The position numbers and the translations under genes are program-made. This document shows, in pieces, positions 48,757 through 58,440 of a stretch of DNA of 64,000 nt. This stretch comes from a virus, in the IMG/VR virus record IMGVR_UViG_3300032223_000428, positions 1-64,000 of that record, one strand, 5' to 3'. Positions within the stretch are counted from its first letter, which is position 1. Each line of letters begins with the position of its first letter. The notes below the pieces were generated by a model. It saw only the letters and a program-made list of their open reading frames with translations, was not told the DNA's origin and ran no database searches.

Positions 48757-51700
48757 TATGCTGGTTTATTCTTTGGTGGTATATCTGTTAGTAGATAGAA
48801 TCCTGAAGGAATTCCTTTACTATCACGTTTGTATGTTGAATCATTCACCATCGTAAATGCCATTTTTCTGTTTCCATTGGGCTTATATCCAGTATGGATC
48901 CATACAGAAGTTGGGTTTCTATATTCAAGAATGATTTGATCGTAGGTTATTAATCTTTCCAGTTTTTGCACTAAATCATAAGTTGATTGATAACGATCTG
49001 GTGATAATAAAGCGATATCGAAACAGTGTCCTTTACAGTGATCAGAAAATGGTGATTCAGTAGGAACAACACCCTTCAAACGATAACCAGAAGAAATCTT
49101 CCACTGTTTATTGTATCCTCCGATACCACCTGGAAGTGCAGCCAAATATGGCTCTAATATGTTTTGTGCAGACATAGCCAGATTACAAACAATTTCCTGA
49201 ACAGTATATAAACGCTCTGGAGTATTTGGACCATCTTTTAACATTTGATCCACTAGTTTATGTTTACCGTTAACTCCACCATCCATACACATACCAAGAG
49301 TAAAATTCTTAGAAAGTGTATAATCATTGGTAAAGTTTTTAGTAGCGTAAATTATCTTACAATCAACTGGAACAGTCGCTCCTGTGCCACCACTTGCTGC
49401 AGGTGCTTCTTCAGTTGCTGATGGGGCAGGGGCATTAGGAATACCCTGTTGAGTCTGTTTATTAGAATTTTGACGACCTTCAGGTGTGTCATAATCTTCT
49501 GGAGTTTCTACTGCAGCTTTTTCTTCGACTTCTCGTTCAGGAGGAATTAAATATGGGATATTTGGATCTAATGGTGAACCAGCATCTGGAGGTGTTAATT
49601 TAACTGCAGTTGGACTTGTTGCACTAACACCAAAGTTACCTTTACTATAATTAACATTAGTTACTCCAGAGGAATTAATATCAATGGTTCCACTTGATCC
49701 GAGTTTCATAGCAGTATCAGCCAACTGATTAATGTTTGCTGCCTGTAGATTAAAATCACCTACAGCTTTAATATTAAAACTACCACCAATCGCAAAGTCT
49801 ACATTATTTGCAACTCCAAGGGAAACATTATTACCAACTCTTACATTTGCATTTTGTGACACTTCGATATTAGCATCAGTTCTACAGAAAATATTTGCAT
49901 TTCCATCAACTGTTAGATTATATTCACCAGCCACATGGATACATCCGTTACGTTCCATAAGGGTAAAATTATCACCAACAATATAATTAACAACTGTACC
50001 ATTGGCATCTATCTCGTAGAAAGTTCCAGCACGATGGTATGTATGGATTCTCTCATGACCTGGACTATCATCAAATTCTTGAAGATGACCAGATTCAGTT
50101 TCAAATACTTTATTGAATGGATACTTTGCACCGAATGCAGTTTTTGGTTGATCCCATGATCCCTCATCATATGCTTTTGGAACTCCAATTTTTATATTGG
50201 CATCTTTTTTCTCAACAATAGTTCCATCAATAATACCACGTGCGAGACGATTTGTATCTGGTTCATTAATGTAATCTTTTAAGGGATACTTATTATTTGG
50301 ATCTCTAAATCCTGTATTGTCACTACCACGTTTAATACTATCTGGAGATGGTCCAGGTGTTGGTGAAGAACCATCTGCTGGTGGTTGTGCAGGTGGTGAA
50401 CCAGCATCTTTTTCTACAGCACCAGTCGCTGCATCACCATAAAAATATTCATAGTATGATAATTTTCTTGCAGCAATGTCTGGAGAATTCACCCCAACTG
50501 CTTTTTTCGCTGCATAAAAATATCCTGGATGATCAGTTGATTTTACACCTGATGGTACACGATCCTTAATATAAAGTGCAGCAATGAGAGCACTGGTATT
50601 TAAATCATTATCCAGAGAATCTGGATTATTAAGAATATCAATCCCCAAACCCATCTTATTTGCTAGATCATTATATCGTTTGTAGTTTCCACGTCCAGTT
50701 AACTGAATAAAACCACGTCCATAATATTTACCACCATCTTCATCAGTTAAATTGCCAAGGAAACCTTTACCACGTTTCGTTGGTCCATAAATGACTTGGA
50801 AAAACTGCTCACGTGTAATACCTTTCTTTGAAGCATCAGAATACTGTTCTGCTTCTGCGTCAGTTAAGAAAGAGAAAATTTGTTTAATTCTAGGTTTAGA
50901 ATAACTAAATGATTCGTTCTGAGGAATCCATGTAGATTCACCTCCAGCAATTCCAAGTAATGCACACTTCTGTTCTTTTGTAGTTAATCCAACTCTATCA
51001 CATGCAGCAATAAGTGCTTTTATACCATCAGAAGATCTACCTGCATTAGGAGAAGATTTTGGTGGTGGAGTTGTTGGAATAGAAGTATTAGTGGAAGTTT
51101 GGGCAACAGGGCTGTTTCCTATTTGAACTGGTGTGCCATCAGAAGTTGTTACAGGTTTTCCACTAGAATCTGTAAGTGTAGAAGAAGCCTTACTAGAATT
51201 TACTGCATCTAAATTAGATGGTGCGTCCTTGAAAGTTATAATGTTTTCACCATAACCATTAACTTCTTGACTAATACTAATTTGAGTAGGACTATCTACA
51301 CTAGTAATAAATGTTCCATCTTTTAAACCAAATCCAATAACACGCATATTGGCTTTTAGATTTGATGTAAGATTAGTTTTACCAGTCTGTTTATCAATAA
51401 ATGTTAATTGTTTTCCAGAAACTGGACCAACAATAGTTCTAAGTTCAATGTCTTTAGTTTTTGTTGCAGAATTTATTTCTACTGCATTGTCATCATCATC
51501 AATAGATGCAGGAATCTGAGGTATTCCACCAACAGTGCCAAGCATAATGGGTTGTTGGTTATGTTCATCTGCGAACATAACAATAACAGTAGTACCTTCC
51601 ACTGGACCAAGTGGAGTGAAACCTATACCATTCATAGCAGCTGAACCAATAGGTTGCACTGGCATTGACCATGGAAGGTCATTAGTTGGGAGTTGTGTTT

Positions 51701-51791
51701 TATCGTGGGTATGTAAACCTACTATTCGAACCTGACAACGTCCAAGTTGTAATGGATCTGCTCTGTTTTCAACTACACCTGTGTATATCAT
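48756..51791 (-). CDS. 5: Baseplate hub/spike gp5 with GH19 glycosidase and C-terminal M15 peptidase
   Basis: OB-fold YTGVVENRADPLQLGRCQVRIVGLH; GH19 YYGRGFIQLTGRGNY; YPFNKVFETESGHLQEFDDSPGHERIH beta-helix; ISSGYR...SDH.KG...DI...WIH. Confidence 0.93.
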   Translation of the reverse strand: MIYTGVVENRADPLQLGRCQVRIVGLHTHDKTQLPTNDLPWSMPVQPIGSAAMNGIGFTPLGPVEGTTVIVMFADEHNQQPIMLGTVGGIPQIPASIDDDDNAVEINSATKTKDIELRTIVGPVSGKQLTFIDKQTGKTNLTSNLKANMRVIGFGLKDGTFITSVDSPTQISISQEVNGYGENIITFKDAPSNLDAVNSSKASSTLTDSSGKPVTTSDGTPVQIGNSPVAQTSTNTSIPTTPPPKSSPNAGRSSDGIKALIAACDRVGLTTKEQKCALLGIAGGESTWIPQNESFSYSKPRIKQIFSFLTDAEAEQYSDASKKGITREQFFQVIYGPTKRGKGFLGNLTDEDGGKYYGRGFIQLTGRGNYKRYNDLANKMGLGIDILNNPDSLDNDLNTSALIAALYIKDRVPSGVKSTDHPGYFYAAKKAVGVNSPDIAARKLSYYEYFYGDAATGAVEKDAGSPPAQPPADGSSPTPGPSPDSIKRGSDNTGFRDPNNKYPLKDYINEPDTNRLARGIIDGTIVEKKDANIKIGVPKAYDEGSWDQPKTAFGAKYPFNKVFETESGHLQEFDDSPGHERIHTYHRAGTFYEIDANGTVVNYIVGDNFTLMERNGCIHVAGEYNLTVDGNANIFCRTDANIEVSQNANVRVGNNVSLGVANNVDFAIGGSFNIKAVGDFNLQAANINQLADTAMKLGSSGTIDINSSGVTNVNYSKGNFGVSATSPTAVKLTPPDAGSPLDPNIPYLIPPEREVEEKAAVETPEDYDTPEGRQNSNKQTQQGIPNAPAPSATEEAPAASGGTGATVPVDCKIIYATKNFTNDYTLSKNFTLGMCMDGGVNGKHKLVDQMLKDGPNTPERLYTVQEIVCNLAMSAQNILEPYLAALPGGIGGYNKQWKISSGYRLKGVVPTESPFSDHCKGHCFDIALLSPDRYQSTYDLVQKLERLITYDQIILEYRNPTSVWIHTGYKPNGNRKMAFTMVNDSTYKRDSKGIPSGFYLLTDIPPKNKPA

Positions 51792-53065
51792 TTCACTGCC
51801 TTATCTACGCTCATTAATAAACTATCTTTGATCAATTCCATATGACATTCATGCATTTCTCTATTGATGTCATGATTAATCGCAGAAACAATATAATTAC
51901 CAGAAAACATCTTATCAGTAATATCTGTATCTTCTTTTCTTATTGGTTCCATTTTATTTAATGTTACCTTAAATTTCTGACCAACTGTATAATCAAATCT
52001 TCCAGGAACAGTTACTGTAATTTTATTTGTTTCTGCAGCTTTTAATAATGATAATCGTTTTTGTATATTTTTATAAGTAGTGGCGTCACCATATCCACTA
52101 AAATTGGCATTGTCTCTTGGTAAATTTATAATCAAAGAATTCGTTCTAAAAATAGAATTTGTTGTACCGATATTATATTTGTTTAAATGGGTTTGCTTAT
52201 CAAAAACATCAAACATATTATAATTTTTGACATTATATGATTTTTTAGTTATATCATAAGAAATAACTTTAGAAGCAAACAATCCGCTACGAATTCTATC
52301 GATATAATCAAAACCTGTAGGGATACTTAGATCTGATATTCTTTTATAATCTTCTTTAACATCTCTAATGTCTGCTCCCATTGGAAGTTTATCACGTGTG
52401 TATCTATCATAAATTAGTTCTTGATATACAGCATTTCCATATAATGTTTCTAAACTAATAAAATAAAATCCTTCTCTATTTTCAAAAAACAAATAACTCG
52501 GTGAATTATTTTTATTTTCTGCAAATGAAGATGCATAATTAATAGATTTAACTGGTGACCAAAAATTAGAAATAAATTTACAGCTTCTTGCTGTTGGTTC
52601 GATAGTTAAAGTTTTTTCAGATTGAAGACCATCAACTTTATTAGTAACTAAGTCTTTAACAACATCTCCTACGTTACCTGTATAAACTTTACTAAGTTTT
52701 TTATTGAGATCTATAATCGCTTCAGATGAAATAAAATGTAACTGATAAACTACACTTCTATCACCAAGAAGTTCTCTATCAGTTAATTTGTATATGTAAA
52801 ATATACCTTTAATTGTTGCTTTATCAAAAGCTGGAGTACTAATTTCCATTTCTAGTTCTTCTTCACCAGAAAATGGTAATACATTTATAAAATCTAATGA
52901 TTCTTTTATAATAAGAGAGCCTGTCATAAAAGGATTGAATATATCCTCGAATATCTGTATCCTAATAACCTGCCCTGTGATGTCTTGTGAATTACCACTT
53001 CTAGTGATAATTTTAACTTTATCGATTTTTACATCGCCAGCAAATCTAATAGCTTGTTCACTCAT
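51788..53065 (-). CDS. Baseplate hub/tail protein (gp27-like)
   Basis: IQIFEDIF...MTGSL, LPFSGEE, YLFFENREGFYFISLE, SGNYIVSAINH; lies between gp53 and gp5. Confidence 0.7.
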   Translation of the reverse strand: MSEQAIRFAGDVKIDKVKIITRSGNSQDITGQVIRIQIFEDIFNPFMTGSLIIKESLDFINVLPFSGEEELEMEISTPAFDKATIKGIFYIYKLTDRELLGDRSVVYQLHFISSEAIIDLNKKLSKVYTGNVGDVVKDLVTNKVDGLQSEKTLTIEPTARSCKFISNFWSPVKSINYASSFAENKNNSPSYLFFENREGFYFISLETLYGNAVYQELIYDRYTRDKLPMGADIRDVKEDYKRISDLSIPTGFDYIDRIRSGLFASKVISYDITKKSYNVKNYNMFDVFDKQTHLNKYNIGTTNSIFRTNSLIINLPRDNANFSGYGDATTYKNIQKRLSLLKAAETNKITVTVPGRFDYTVGQKFKVTLNKMEPIRKEDTDITDKMFSGNYIVSAINHDINREMHECHMELIKDSLLMSVDKAVK

Positions 53066-53829
53066 TACATTAAATCTTTATAATTTTTTAATATAACATT
53101 AATAAGAGAAGGAGAGATTATTTTTATTCTTCGTTTTTGTTCATTTAGATCTTGTTCATATTGCATATTAGAAACTGATGTTGCACCTGCTTGATCCGAA
53201 CTAACTACAAATCCATTTGAATCAATATAATGGTGGTCATCATATTCATTACCAGAACCATATTTGTCAGTAACATATTGTTCTAATGCTACACTTGTCA
53301 AAGGAAAATCTGCTCTATAATCATAAATGTCATTGGCCAGCATAACTATCCAATGGTAAAGAGCATTTCCATAAATCTTTTCTGCAATTATTTCTGGAGT
53401 TTCTCCATCAACAATATCATATTGATCATAAACAGAAACATTGGCTAAAACGTCTCTACGAAAACGGATATTTTTAGTGATATCTTTAAGAGCCATTAAT
53501 TTATGATATTTTTTAGTAATACCATAAGGTGAAGAGATTTCAATAGTCGGTGTTGATGTATATCCAGTTCCAGGATTTAATACAAGAATAGATGATACCT
53601 GACCACCAATAACAATAACTTTACCTGTGGCAGAAACACCCTGCGCTCCATTATCTGGTGCAGAAAATACACATGTGGCAGAAACATATCCAGAACCAAC
53701 ATTAGTTACAGTCACAGAATTAACTCCACCGCCAGCTATATCACAAACTGCAGTTGCCTGCACACCTGTTCCAGTTTTAGCTTCTATATCGAAGTCGTAT
53801 AATATGTCATCGAAATTTTTAAAATACAT
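53065..53829 (-). CDS. 53: Baseplate wedge protein gp53 with Gly-rich insertion
   Basis: MYFKNF, YDIVDGETPEIIAEKIYGNALYHWIVMLANDI, YE..LNEQKRRIKII. Confidence 0.92.
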   Translation of the reverse strand: MYFKNFDDILYDFDIEAKTGTGVQATAVCDIAGGGVNSVTVTNVGSGYVSATCVFSAPDNGAQGVSATGKVIVIGGQVSSILVLNPGTGYTSTPTIEISSPYGITKKYHKLMALKDITKNIRFRRDVLANVSVYDQYDIVDGETPEIIAEKIYGNALYHWIVMLANDIYDYRADFPLTSVALEQYVTDKYGSGNEYDDHHYIDSNGFVVSSDQAGATSVSNMQYEQDLNEQKRRIKIISPSLINVILKNYKDLM

Positions 53830-54971
53830 TATAGACCATCCTTAATTTTATCTTTGGTCAATAGAGCCAATTCACGGAATGCTAATGTAATGTTTATATG
53901 AGTTGGCATGCCGTTATCAAAAGTAGTGAACTGACCATTTGGAGTATAATCTACATTCATGTTAGTCAACACACAAGAAGTATGACGATGTAAATTTAAG
54001 TTTTCTGATCCATCTTGATAGTAAAAAATATCAAATTCAGAAGGATACAAATATACAAAGTTATTATCATCCTTAAACTCTGGGTGCATATGATATTTAA
54101 ATTCTTTGATAATGTTTAAAACATTCTGTGCTTCATCTCCATTTTTAGGGAAGAATGAATAATCGAAAGAGAATGTTCTAAAATCGACACCCTTAAAAAC
54201 TTGTTCTTTCTTTGGGTTGGCTGCTAGACCAAGTAGTTGAGAGTTTGCTCCAGCATTTGGTCCTTTTGAAAGAGCCAAATTTGTTATAACTGCTTGAGCA
54301 ACTCCAGTAACATCACTATCTTTGCTACTAGAAGATAATGCTTTAAGTATTTCTTCTCCACCTTTAGCAAACATCATTAATCCAGAAGTATCTTCTTCTG
54401 AGTATTGAACTCCATAACTAATGTTTAATTTGTGTGGGATATGCAGAGCAATAGCAGTTTTTAATCTTCTTTGAGAACGTAAAACCTCTGGAGACATTGT
54501 TGCAGCGATACCAACACCAACTGTTGCAACTGTACCGACAGCTGCACCTTTAACTGCGCCAGTAGTACCACCTGCTATACCGCCAGCAATCGCACCACCA
54601 ACCACGTTTGCTGAAGCATTCGCACCAACCAATCCTGCTTTGCTACTAATCATTTGACGATTATCTCCAACATCTCTAGCTGGAAAGTCATCTACTGTCT
54701 GTACAGCCTTATCCTGAAATAATTTAGAATCAGAAGCGACATTAATATAGAACAATACATAGTTGCCACCATATCTTAGATCTGTTGTTAAATCAGAAGG
54801 ATATTGGTGATTGTAAATGTCGTATTTTGTATCTTCAAAAGATGACGCAGACCCTCTTTTGTTATAAAGATTTGTGCTAGAATTTGGAGCCGTAGGTGAT
54901 GGTGGGGCTGCTTGCGTTGCTGGATCGTATTCTCCGATCGCATTGCCCAGTTCGTCGTATTGGATGGCCAT
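53829..54971 (-). CDS. 48: Baseplate tail tube cap gp48
   Basis: NPKKEQVFKGVDFRTFSFDYSFFPKN, IIKEFKYHMHP, CVLTNMNVDYTP, L.FRELALLTK. Confidence 0.9.
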   Translation of the reverse strand: MAIQYDELGNAIGEYDPATQAAPPSPTAPNSSTNLYNKRGSASSFEDTKYDIYNHQYPSDLTTDLRYGGNYVLFYINVASDSKLFQDKAVQTVDDFPARDVGDNRQMISSKAGLVGANASANVVGGAIAGGIAGGTTGAVKGAAVGTVATVGVGIAATMSPEVLRSQRRLKTAIALHIPHKLNISYGVQYSEEDTSGLMMFAKGGEEILKALSSSSKDSDVTGVAQAVITNLALSKGPNAGANSQLLGLAANPKKEQVFKGVDFRTFSFDYSFFPKNGDEAQNVLNIIKEFKYHMHPEFKDDNNFVYLYPSEFDIFYYQDGSENLNLHRHTSCVLTNMNVDYTPNGQFTTFDNGMPTHINITLAFRELALLTKDKIKDGL

Positions 54972-54982
54972 ATATATTTTCT

Positions 54983-55022
54983 CTAAATAAGTGAGGGTTA
55001 TTTATCCTTATTACTTATTTAT
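54983..55022. promoter_or_regulatory. Overlapping divergent late promoters within an inverted repeat
   Basis: CTAAATA (+) 54983-54989; ATAAATA (-) 54999-55005 and 55016-55022; 9-bp inverted repeat taaataagt/acttattta. Confidence 0.65.
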
Positions 55023-55446
55023 GTTCCATAAAAGATTGTTCAAACCTATATTTCCAGAAAAGTATGCTGGGGATCCGACTAATATCATAATGAGATCTAG
55101 TTGGGAGACCAAGTTCGCCAATTGGTGTGACAAAAATCCCAGTATTATTAGATGGAGTTCAGAAGAGACAGTTATACCATATCGCTGTCCAACGGATAAT
55201 CACATTCATCGTTATTTCGTTGATTTTAAAATAACAACATCTAATAACAAAACATATTTGATAGAAGTTAAACCAGAAAAGCAGACAAAACCACCTGAAT
55301 ATCCTGGAAAACAAACTAAAAGATATATTATAGAATCGTTAACCTATATGAAAAATCAGGCGAAATGGATAGCTGCACGAGAATATGCAAAAGATCGTGG
55401 GTGGGAATTTAAGATACTAACTGAGTATGAACTTGGGTTGAAGTAA
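55021..55446 (+). CDS. 4: Head completion nuclease gp4 (TnsA-like fold)
   Basis: FKPIFPEKYAGDPTNIIMRSSWE, WSSEE..IPY, HRYFVDF, IEVKP, NQAKW.AA; start moved to ATG 55021. Confidence 0.93.
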   Translation: MFHKRLFKPIFPEKYAGDPTNIIMRSSWETKFANWCDKNPSIIRWSSEETVIPYRCPTDNHIHRYFVDFKITTSNNKTYLIEVKPEKQTKPPEYPGKQTKRYIIESLTYMKNQAKWIAAREYAKDRGWEFKILTEYELGLK

Positions 55447-55447
55447 C

Positions 55448-55454
55448 CTAAATA
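55448..55454 (+). promoter_or_regulatory. Late promoter variant (CTAAATA) upstream of gp2
   Basis: ctaaata 5 nt before the gp2 ATG. Confidence 0.5.
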
Positions 55455-55459
55455 ACATT

Positions 55460-56059
55460 ATGCCCAAAAAACCGATACAAGACGTCTTCGAAAAGAACCA
55501 ATATGATTTAGCGACAGCTGTCAAAAAATCATCAAGTTGGTTTAATAAACAGGTTAGTTCTCTAGCCCAGCAGAACATCACCCCAAATAAAATACTCGGT
55601 GGAAATGTATCGCAAAATACAACTAATATAATGCCTGGAAATCTATACATGTATATGTATGATCCAAAAACAAAAGAAGATTTACCATACTATGATAGAT
55701 TCCCCTTAGTCTTTCCATTTAGGAAAACTGCTGATGGATTCTATGGTTTGAATATGCATTATCTACCATATGATCTTAGAATTTATCTTCTTGATGCGCT
55801 TTTAATCTATAAATCCAATTCTAGAATGGATGATACTACAAGACTGAAATACTCTTGGGCTTTAATTGATGGAGTTTCTAAATTTAAAGCAGCTAGACCA
55901 TGTGTGAAACAATATCTAATGGATCATGTTAGAAGTCCATTTAGAAAGGTAAGTTCCAACGATTGGGCGACAGCTATGTTATTACCAGTAGAAAGATTCG
56001 TTGGTGCAACTAAACAACAAGTCTGGAAAGAGTCCAGAAAAATAATTAGAAAAGCATAA
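55460..56059 (+). CDS. 2: DNA end protector gp2
   Basis: PGNLYMYMYDPKTKEDLPYYDRFPLV, GLNMHYLP, CVKQYL..HV.S, W..A.LLP.E.F. Confidence 0.95.
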   Translation: MPKKPIQDVFEKNQYDLATAVKKSSSWFNKQVSSLAQQNITPNKILGGNVSQNTTNIMPGNLYMYMYDPKTKEDLPYYDRFPLVFPFRKTADGFYGLNMHYLPYDLRIYLLDALLIYKSNSRMDDTTRLKYSWALIDGVSKFKAARPCVKQYLMDHVRSPFRKVSSNDWATAMLLPVERFVGATKQQVWKESRKIIRKA

Positions 56060-56781
56060 TGGCAACAATAGACAAATTTATCAGCGTAGTAAAGGGAGAT
56101 GGTCTGGCCAGAACAAACAGATTCGTTGTTATGTTCACTCCAACATTTGTACCATTGGGTGGTGGCGATTGGCCATTAGAAAATATTTTAATGTTTTGCG
56201 ATCAGGTACAAATTCCTGGAACAAACTTTAATACTACAGCGAATAGAGTATTTGGTGAAAGTAGAGAAACACCATACGAAAGATTATATGAACCAATTTC
56301 TATGTCTTTTTATGTAGACAGAGGTATGTTCGTTAAGGAATTATTTGATACTTGGATGGAAGCTATTCAAGATCCTGAAACACGTTTATTTAATTTCTAT
56401 GATAATTATACAGTTGATATTTCGATATACGTTGAAGATACACTAAACAAAAAAAGATATTTCGTAGGATTAAAAGAAGCATATCCAAAAAGTATTGATC
56501 CAATACAATTAGATACAAGTTCAAAAGATATTATGAAAATGAATGTTCATTTCGCATACAAATATTATGTAACTCAGGCGGTAGAAGGAGACTTTCATTT
56601 ACAACAGTCAGAAATAGATCAGGCTATGAAAAATAGGTATAGTCCAGATTTTACTACAAATCCTGCTCCAGTTAGCCAAACTCCACAAAATACATTCATG
56701 AGAAAACTACAAAACTTTGCGATTGGAGCCATTGGTTCTAAACTGGTAACAAAATTACCTAGTTTATTAAAAAGAAGATAA
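56059..56781 (+). CDS. Tail tube initiator / gp19-fold baseplate protein (gp54-like)
   Basis: GLARTNRFVV, FCDQVQIPG, FD.WM..I, L.EAYPKSI. Confidence 0.75.
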   Translation: MATIDKFISVVKGDGLARTNRFVVMFTPTFVPLGGGDWPLENILMFCDQVQIPGTNFNTTANRVFGESRETPYERLYEPISMSFYVDRGMFVKELFDTWMEAIQDPETRLFNFYDNYTVDISIYVEDTLNKKRYFVGLKEAYPKSIDPIQLDTSSKDIMKMNVHFAYKYYVTQAVEGDFHLQQSEIDQAMKNRYSPDFTTNPAPVSQTPQNTFMRKLQNFAIGAIGSKLVTKLPSLLKRR

Positions 56782-56791
56782 GGAACTAAAC

Positions 56792-57265
56792 ATGACACAA
56801 GAAGTTAAAAAAGACGAAGATTGGATGCAAAAGAAGTGGCGTCCAGCAATGGGTTGGATGTACATGATTGTATGTATGTGTGACATGGTTGTATTTCCAG
56901 TATGCTGGAGTATTTTACAAGCATTAACTCATACACAAATCACTCAATGGAACCCATTAACACTTCAAGGTGCTGGTCTATTTCATTTAGCAATGGGCGC
57001 AGTATTAGGTATCGCAGCATTCGGTCGCACACAAGAAAAAATTGCAGGGAGCGCAACAAATGCCACGCCAACTACTACCACACCAACAACGCCATCCTTC
57101 CCAGTTGGCATGTCAACAACATCTAGCTTACCTGCGACAAACACAAGTTCATTCGGATCACAACCCTTGGCTAGTCCAAGTAGCTTTGGAAGCGCATCTT
57201 CAACAGGTTTTGGCTCTGGGCTATCCCCAGATGATCCTCCAACAAGAAACACGAGAAACGATTAA
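56792..57265 (+). CDS. Putative holin (GTA 3TM-type) with Ser/Thr/Pro-rich tail
   Basis: KWRPAMGWMY..C..D.V.FP, FHLAMGAVLGIAAFGRTQEK; hydrophobic segments. Confidence 0.7.
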   Translation: MTQEVKKDEDWMQKKWRPAMGWMYMIVCMCDMVVFPVCWSILQALTHTQITQWNPLTLQGAGLFHLAMGAVLGIAAFGRTQEKIAGSATNATPTTTTPTTPSFPVGMSTTSSLPATNTSSFGSQPLASPSSFGSASSTGFGSGLSPDDPPTRNTRND

Positions 57266-57267
57266 TA

Positions 57268-57678
57268 ATGAAAATAGATGATTCTTTATCAGAAGTCTTT
57301 GACATCCCAACGATGCCAAAGAATGAATTGGTTATATCAAATACTGAAGAAGTTAAACCCAATGAGAGGATTGAATCTGACTATGACACAGCCAGAGAAA
57401 ATCTACGTGAACTTTTAATAACTGGACAGAATGCATTAATGCATTCTTTGGAAGTTGCTAAACAATCTGAACACCCACGTGCTTTTGAAGTAGTGGGTAA
57501 TTTAATAAAACAACTTGCTGATGTTAACCAACAACTTATGGATCTACATCAGCAAAAACAGAAGTTAGATGCTCCCGTGAAAGGTGAAGCGAAAAAAGTG
57601 ACGAATAATGCTATCTTTGTGGGTAGCACAACTGAGTTGAATAAGTTTATTAAAAATAGTATGTCTAAAGGAGAATAA
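57268..57678 (+). CDS. 16: Terminase small subunit gp16
   Basis: DYDTARENL, A.QSEHPRAFEVVGNLIK, TNNAIFVGSTTEL. Confidence 0.92.
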   Translation: MKIDDSLSEVFDIPTMPKNELVISNTEEVKPNERIESDYDTARENLRELLITGQNALMHSLEVAKQSEHPRAFEVVGNLIKQLADVNQQLMDLHQQKQKLDAPVKGEAKKVTNNAIFVGSTTELNKFIKNSMSKGE

Positions 57679-57679
57679 T

Positions 57680-58402
57680 ATGACATTGCCAGTAATGAGT
57701 ACACCAACATATAGTTTGGTAATACCTTCCACTAAAGAATCTGTTAAGTACAGACCATTTTTAGTTAAAGAAGAAAAGGCATTATTGATAGCACAACAAA
57801 GTGAAGATGCTGTCGTTATGGTTGATACGTTAAAGAGTGTAATTAAATCATGTGTTTTAAGTAAGATAGATCCAAACTCTCTGTCTACATTCGATTTAGA
57901 ATACTTGTTCACACAAATTAGAGCTAAATCTGTGGGAGAAATTATTGAGTTATTGTTTCCATGCGATAATGATCATGGTGAACAGAACGATAAAGCAAAG
58001 GTAAAAATTTCTATCGATCTTACTAAAATTGAAGTTGATTTCCCAGAAGGGCATCAAAGTAAAATTGAGTTGTTTGGTAATGTTGGTGTTATGATGAAAT
58101 ACCCAACTATTGAGATTATGACTAAGTTAGAAAAGACTGACCATGATGATTTAGATAATATTTTTGATATTGTTGCTAGTTGCATTGATTACATTTACGA
58201 AGATGATGTTATTCATTATGCCAAAGAACAAAAGAAACAAGATCTACTAGAATTTTTATATAACTTAAACTCTGAACAATTCGTTAAAGTACAAAATTTC
58301 TTTGCTACATTGCCTAGAATTAAAAAAGAAGTTGAATATGACTGCCCAATTTGCAATTTGCACCATAAGAAAACTTTGGAGGGAATGCAAAGTTTTTTTT
58401 AA
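57680..58402 (+). CDS. 26: Baseplate hub assembly protein gp26
   Basis: MTLP...P.Y.L.IPS, YRPFLVKEEK.LL.A, FDLEYLF..IRAKSVGE, MKYPT, FF..LP, CPIC, LEGMQSFF. Confidence 0.93.
   Translation: MTLPVMSTPTYSLVIPSTKESVKYRPFLVKEEKALLIAQQSEDAVVMVDTLKSVIKSCVLSKIDPNSLSTFDLEYLFTQIRAKSVGEIIELLFPCDNDHGEQNDKAKVKISIDLTKIEVDFPEGHQSKIELFGNVGVMMKYPTIEIMTKLEKTDHDDLDNIFDIVASCIDYIYEDDVIHYAKEQKKQDLLEFLYNLNSEQFVKVQNFFATLPRIKKEVEYDCPICNLHHKKTLEGMQSFF
58393..58402 (+). other. Candidate -1 ribosomal frameshift slippery site (T TTT TTT then TAA)
   Basis: gp26 frame agt ttt ttt taa; the -1 frame is open and continuous with gp51. Confidence 0.65.
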
Positions 58403-58440
58403 TAAATCTCTGCCATGAAAGTTTGGTAAATTACTATAAA

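Noticed and set aside
54991-55020. GTG start at 54991 for gp4
   Set aside because: The extension overlaps the promoter palindrome; conserved gp4 sequence starts at ATG 55021.
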